Under the pieces are notes generated by a model. It was not told the DNA's origin. It did no database searches and worked only from the letters and a program-made list of their open reading frames with translations. This document shows, piece by piece, positions 57,514 through 64,000 of a DNA stretch of 64,000 nt. The first letter of the stretch is position 1; each line of letters begins with the position of its first letter. This DNA is from Paraspadella gotoi (taxonomy: Eukaryota; Animalia; Chaetognatha), in NCBI GenBank assembly GCA_051294375.1, contig CM119267.1, positions 23,460,257 to 23,524,256 of the forward strand, written 5' to 3'. Position numbers and translations under genes: made by a program.

Positions 57514-58104
57514 CTCTCTCCTCTCTTTTCTCTCTCTCTTCCTATCAAAAACCTACCTGTAAATAGCAGGAATTATAACCGAAGGGGCGTGGATTATTTT
57601 GGTCGATTTTCCCGCAGCCTTGAACGAACGTTTTCTTTTTTATGTTGTAGTCGACGAAACAGTATTGACAGCGGTTTTCTGGCACTCTGATCGGAATAGG
57701 ATAAGTTATACAATATTCATTTTCGTAAATACAAACTTACGCTAAAAAAATGATATATATATTAAATCGAAAAGCCTAATTGATTTAATAATACTTTTTT
57801 TTGGAGATGTGAATTTGTCATAGATATTCCAGTAATTTGCAATGTTTTATAATATCCTTTTCAAATTAATTTTTATTTGATTAAAAGTCAAAGGTTAGTA
57901 TTAAAGCAAAAACCCTAACAGCAACTAAAACAACAACAGCATGAAAGCTCCTTACTCGAGGTATGATATCTGATAATAACAATCGCTCAAAGGAATCGTT
58001 TTCATATTTTCCGATTTGCAGCAAGACAAAATGCGGTCGGTCGTCGTCGAAGGAATGACGATTAAAGACGCCATCGTCAAAAACGACGCAAAGCGAAGAT
58101 TCAT
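56266..58104 (-). CDS. Two-domain three-finger (Ly6/uPAR/quiver-like) protein with signal peptide, Thr-rich stalk and GPI-type hydrophobic tail; 5 exons; apparent 1-nt frameshift in exon 4
   Basis: Exons 58104-57956, 57686-57557, 57407-57232, 57093-56956 and 56730-56266 have GT-AG ends and compatible phases. Domain 1: SCC..C..CQYC..GC..SC..CACKEDFCN. Domain 2: SCC..KC..CSSC..IC..TC..CKCNADRCN. C-terminus TTT...MSATIAVVFALVLV*. One base is needed near 57007-57010 to keep frame. Confidence 0.75.
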
Positions 58105-59379
58105 TGTTTTTTTTTGTTTTTTGTTTTTTGTTTTTTTAATTTCTGGAGTCAAAAATCTTGATTTGTTCAAACGCAAAATGGCCCCGAAAGTTTTACCACG
58201 GCTATTTTTTTATAAATTTAACTTTTATAAATAAAAGTAAGAAAGTTAATTCAAATGCGCTTTCGATCGTTAGTAAAAATTTAAATACTGTTCTCAGCCC
58301 ACTAAAATTTAAAAAAAAAAAATAAATTCCCGAAACGAATTATAAGACAGAAACTCCTCTGATCTAATGGCGAAATAAAATATTTTTCGTGGAAAAAGAA
58401 CGAATTTTTCGCGAGCGGTTAACCTCTATTTTTAGATTTCTAATTAATAACAAAAAACCTACTGCGTTATTGAATAAACGGGCCGCGCGGTAAACCGCCG
58501 GACGCACAGCGAAAGTACAGCGAAAGTACAGTGAAAGTGGGATTTCACCAACGATATTTTAGAAATTACGAAGATGGTATAGGATCGAAAATTTACAAAA
58601 AATACTAAGTAGTTTTTTTTTCAACGATAAAGAATACAGACTATGTCTATGTTATTAATATACAGAATAATGTGCTAAATGGCCTTAAGATAACTATTTG
58701 GAACCTCTTTAGCCACCTCGCCAGAAATGGTACGGGTCCTGGGCTTAGAATTGATTTTGGGGAATCTTTGGTTAACGTTCGTCCCCAGGGTTTCATGGGA
58801 AACCTGCAGAGATATACTTGAACTCTGGACCTTCTGATTGGGTTTCTCAATGAGACACTCCGTAACAATCGGCAAGAAAGATGTTCATCTACAGGGTAAT
58901 CCCAAAGGAGCGACGCAAAAAGTTTTCTCTTCTCTTCCTGAATTTCTTTTCGTTCGATAATTTCGAACGTTTTAACCTGACTTCCCTGTAGCCTCTACTG
59001 CGGTTCGTACGAAATTATTTGAAAAAAAAAGACAAATTTAAAAGAAAATGATGAATGTGCAAAAAATATTTAAGATTTATTGTACTTTGAAAAATGTTGG
59101 AAATTATAATTTATTGAATAATATTGAACATTGTATGGCGTCATTGTCATTGTCGTCTAACAAGAGCTTACATACATTGTCCATTAAAATGTTCCAGACG
59201 ATCTAATAAAGTCAGACACGTTCTTACGTTGCCTTTCAATGGTTTTAAACTATTTCGAATGCCGTTAAGAGAGCCCATCATTCGAAGTTTCGTTTAGTTT
59301 TTTTACTTTTCCTCTCTCTCTTTCTCTTTTTTTATCTAGTTTCTATTGCATTCTCACTCTCGGTCTTCATGACACGAAT

Positions 59380-60282
59380 AAAAATCTCATTTGCATATTG
59401 CAGTATATAACTTTAGTCATATTTACTCGGATAATATTGTTAGAATTTATCTTTTATTTTTATTTTCATAACGATTTTAACAGACAAAATTTAATGAAAA
59501 AGAAGTTTAGGGTTTCAAAATAGATCCATAATAATCTCTGGATCTCTTTTAACCTTTTTTAATTTTTTACAGACAGTGTCGCGACTCATTCTAAGCAGAG
59601 CGTATCAAAGGATTTCTGTAATTTGCGGTATTCCATTAAAATGATCCTATGGATCTAAAACATTAAATTATGCAAAGGCTTAAAGGCCTTCTCCTATTCT
59701 CGGCCTTATACTCATGTTAATTGTATTTAATTCCTTAAATTAAAGTTATAATAACAATTATCTCACCTTTAATTTTTGGACAAAATGATTTCGAGACTAG
59801 GCGAGGACATCGTTTTCAGAAAATTGTTATTCTCTCTTAGTAAGAGAGTCTTACTTGCTCTAATTCCCTATCTCTCTCATTCTCTTTCTTTCCTGCGATA
59901 TTTTTCTATCTCTCTCTCACTCACTCTGATTCCATCTATCCCTTTCCCCTTTATGTCTAACTCTTAGTAACAAAAATCTCATTTGCATATTGCAGTATGT
60001 CAATTTTGTCATTTTTTAACTAGTAATTCTTTTGAATATCGGCCATGTTATTTATTTTTATCATCTTTTGAAAAAATAAAATAAAACGAATTAATAAGGG
60101 CATGTCTTGATAAAAAATCTACGGTTATCCTTTGCATTTTTCTAAACATTTGTTACTTTTTTCTGACAGTGTTGCGACACATTCGTAGCATCCTTTATAA
60201 AATATTTTTTTTCTAGGTTGGCATTCCATTAAAATGATCCAATGGATCTAAAACATTAATTATGCAAAGGCTTAAAGGCCTT
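59380..60282. promoter_or_regulatory. Duplicated putative cis-regulatory module with octamer (ATTTGCAT) motifs
   Basis: Two copies (~59380-59690 and ~59972-60282) share AAAATCTCATTTGCATATTGCAGTAT, GACAGTGTYGCGAC and TTCCATTAAAATGATCC.ATGGATCTAAAACATTAA.TTATGCAAAGGCTTAAAGGCCTT, while the spacers are diverged. Confidence 0.4.
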
Positions 60283-60991
60283 CATCTGATATAACTGGTT
60301 AGCTTAACCTTAGTGAGGCTTAGATTACCATCGTGTTGAAGAAAAATCTTCCACACAAAACATTGTCCTGTCCATTAGTGTGAAACGATAACGGGACAAG
60401 GAGAAAGCTTGACTGTTTTCTTCAATTATTTGTTAAGTTAAATGATAACCAGAGATATATGAAACTTCATTTTTCTTCGTTTAGTGTTTATTCGTTGGCC
60501 TGCTTTCAAACTGAGCTCTGACCTTTTATAAAAGATATTTATCGAATAACGAGCTATCTTGCCCTCTGGTATTGAACTTTCGAACCTCTTACAAGAAATT
60601 GCCATCTTTCAATTCAAACTCTCTTTAATAAAGTCAAATATGTACATAATATGTAATCTTTAACAAATATGTTTCTCTTCATAAAAATTTGTCTTAATAG
60701 TACCCATAATTGGATGGCCTCAGCCCTCCAGCGGATTTCCTCATACGGAATATATAAAAAATATGACAATTGATGACTAAGGAAATTACGAGTCGGGGTT
60801 ATGTTGGGTTCTTTGTCAATCAGTCGGTCAGTGGGCTCATTAGTTTTTAGGCTAATAGGAGTACTTGGACACAAAAAGAAATACAATTTGAAATCGTTGT
60901 CGAAATATTATTATACGTACATAGTTCAAGGTAAGAATACCTCAAAGTCAGAATTAAAAGTCATACTTTTAAAAAATTAATTATTTCGACG

Positions 60992-61085
<94 letters not shown>

Positions 61086-62787
61086 GATCCAGGATCGAAC
61101 TTGAAAGGTTTTTGAAATTCCCATTGAGATCCTTTGGCGAGTTGACTTCGCTGTTGCAAAACGGAACTCTATCACTTTCTTTTGCAGGAGCAGACGACGG
61201 CCGGGAATTCTTAGGTGGTTCGTAGGGGAGGGGAAGGGGGTTTACAATTGGAAGGGGGTTTACAATGGGAAGGTGGTTTCCAATGGGGGAAGAAGGATTT
61301 GTAGAGTTAAAATCGGTGAATTTTCATTCGGTTTTGGAAAAACTACCAAAAATAATAATTCCAACGCGTTGCGCCGCATTGATTTCTCGTCACGCGATTT
61401 CCCGGGAGACCACTGGATTACATAACTCTGAACTATGTAATATTACACGAAATATGCTGCATTATATGCTGCAGAAGTATGTAACACTTGCTCAAGCATC
61501 ATTTTTAATACCTTCAAAAGTCGGACAACTCTGTATTTCATGAGTTATGCTGCATTGAATTTTGGATCATGTGATCGCTTTGTAAGGAGATCATGTGACC
61601 TCAAAAGTTAAAAGTCTCACGGCAAAAGTCTCATTGCAACTAATAAAACAACCTGTTAAGTCGGTAGTGAAATTGACATTCCAATGATGTCGACAGCTGT
61701 TGAGGCCTCCGCTCAAATTCTCGACTTTCCCGAACTTTTCCTTTTTCATGAGATCATCGTTATCTCTGCAAAAAAAAAAAAAAAAACCCAAAATAATAAA
61801 TTAATTTGCATAAGATAAATATATATACAGTTTGGTCGAGCTTTCGGTTCTATGGCTTCAAAAATATCAAAATATTAAGGTTATTATGGTATTGGGCTGT
61901 ACTATTTTTCGGAGGCGAGAAATTTAAGCTTTCTAATGATCGATGCTTCCACTTTATGACCAGTAGAGGCAGTTTTCATTTCTTATTTTATCTGATCTAT
62001 TCTCTTCTTTTTTCTTCTTCTCTTTCTTTCCCAGCTTCCTTCTCCTTTTCATCTTCCTCTTCCCTTCTCCCCCCCCCTACCGCTTCCCTTCCCTTCCTCA
62101 CTTGACGCATTTCTGATGGAACTTCTTCAATCTCAAATCGTAAGCGATGGCACAAAACTGGCATCCATCGTCGTACGAATGGCATTTTTCGGCTGCGGCG
62201 CCATGTAGAGCCCGAGAGGATATGCAACACCTGTTATTATTGGAACGAGATTGAATATTCGCTAAATAGTAAAAAGATGCGAAAATTATTTGACGTTTTA
62301 ATAAAAACAAAATGTACTAACTTGACTTTAGTTTGCTCGGGGTCCGCCAAACGCGCTGTCGCCACCAGAAAGGAAAACAAAGCGATTATACAAATGAACA
62401 TTCTGAAAAACGGGTAGACGGAGTTTGCAAAATATATATAAAAAATACTCCCGAAATTAGTACGTACGTAATAATGATTGAGTAAGTATTTAGTACAATA
62501 ATATCAACATTTAAAGCCGAAATAATTGTGATATTTTTTCACGGATAGGTAAGTAACAGTATATTAAGTAAATGTTTAGGTTTATAAAATAAAACAGAAT
62601 AAAAGTATTTCATTAAAAAAAATCGATAGAAGCGGCCAAAAATATTTTAATAAAAAATAGTTTGAAAATAGTTTGATTGATTAAGATTTAACTTCTACTA
62701 CTGTATTTATAGTGTTACAAGAAGCTGATGATATTGTCTAGATTAAAAAAAAAAGAAATTAATAATATCAAATGACTAATGACAAAA

Positions 62788-62891
<104 letters not shown>

Positions 62892-63703
62892 TATAACGAC
62901 ATTATCAATAATAATCTTCTTCATCATCGTATTATCAAGCAGGCACCAAATAATTTCATAAAAATAGTTACATGCGATGGATTATTAAAATAATATATTA
63001 AATGTGCATTAATTCGATATCAGCTATATAATTATTAACACCTCAATAAATAATTAAATAATAAAATGTTAAAGAAACCACATTATATCAAAATTATAAT
63101 AGTTTCTAAGTAATTAACTCAACATTGTCATTGATAGGCGTCAATTTCAGGAGAAATAAGAGACTTTCAACTCTCATTTAAAAAAAAAAAATTGGGTAAA
63201 ATTTAAGATAATCTAAACAAACAAACAGAAATAATACATGAGCTTCCAAACTCCAAGTAGCGAGGCGATGTATCCGGCTGAATTTTATTCAGTTCATTGT
63301 TTGAATTATCAACTGTCATTGACATCAAATGAATTCATACATTTTAAATAAAAGTCGGTCGGATAGATCAATTATCTTTTTTTAAAGCTGAAGTTCGTTG
63401 TGCTCCACATGTTTTTGAGATTAACAAAAAAAAAGACAGGTAATCTGGAAGTGAATAAACGAGACGGTGAGAGAGAGCCTTGATTGAAAGTTTGTAAGGG
63501 CCTTGCTATGTCATTATCTTGTTAAAGTGACGGAGGCCTTAAACCACCAAAGCCTGCCCAAAGTCAGGGGAAAGATTATTTATTGAATGAATAGCTAATT
63601 TTTATATTTTGATTGTACCAATTTCATAACTAAATTTAAATTTAAATATAATAAAATAGTCAATTTAACAACGCCAAATTTTTTAGTTTTTTCTTTTTCC
63701 TCG

Positions 63704-63807
63704 TTATGCCATCATGACCAAAACCGACGCCGCTGCCAGGACGCCGATCCACTTAAAGGCGGCGACGGTGGCGACGCCATTTTCCGGCGCCACGGTCGTA
63801 TTCGCCA

Positions 63808-63839
<32 letters not shown>

Positions 63840-63884
63840 GGCGTCGTCGTCGGGTTGAGATACGCCCATTTTCGAATCGGAAAT
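63704..63884 (-). CDS. Terminal exon of a probable further paralog: Thr-rich stalk and GPI-signal-like tail; the rest of the gene lies beyond the window
   Basis: Acceptor tcctcaatcAG at 63886-63885. Reads FPIRKWAYLNPTTTPV, then a poly-Thr run, then MANTTVAPENGVATVAAFKWIGVLAAASVLVMMA*, resembling the KW..LPPTTTT...hydrophobic end of the 56266 exon. Confidence 0.6.
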
Positions 63885-64000
63885 CTGATTGAGGACAGCG
63901 GCGGTTATAATTATGATGATAATGACGATGGGGATAAGATTAAAAAATAGATAGCTATTGTTTTATACTTGAATTACATCAGACATCACAGTTTTCTATC

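Noticed and set aside
58690-58920. Possible decayed non-LTR retrotransposon RT C-terminal fragment
   Set aside because: Only a faint resemblance with multiple stops; not supportable without a search.

Overview
Gappy, AT-rich draft assembly from a eukaryote, probably an invertebrate animal. It has many N-runs in 0.8-22 kb, abundant (GA)n, (TCG)n, (TCA)n and (AAT)n microsatellites, and signs of noisy long-read gap filling. Most ORF-track entries are microsatellite or gap artefacts. The supportable coding content is: (1) a three-exon minus-strand gene at 44139-48083 (~1105 aa) encoding an apparently soluble protein with two tandem HEPN-like repeats (first with RNEFAH, second degenerate), an IRE1/RNase L-type kinase, a KEN ribonuclease (DLRRLLRNISTH...IFPWL) and tandem ubiquitin-like repeats; (2) in its second intron, a 216-bp palindromic insertion with a 13-bp target-site duplication carrying a minimal hammerhead ribozyme, like a Penelope-like element remnant; (3) a tandem minus-strand cluster of secreted or GPI-anchored 10-Cys three-finger (Ly6/uPAR/quiver-like) genes at 54.8-58.1 kb, plus a probable paralog's last exon at 63.7-63.9 kb; (4) phase-compatible plus-strand exons of an unidentified gene at 39.4-40.7 kb. 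There is also a ~6.5-7 kb near-tandem duplication (22.8-29.8 kb vs 32.4-38.9 kb) that may be an assembly artefact, and several dispersed repeats. All domain calls come from motif recognition by eye; no searches were run.
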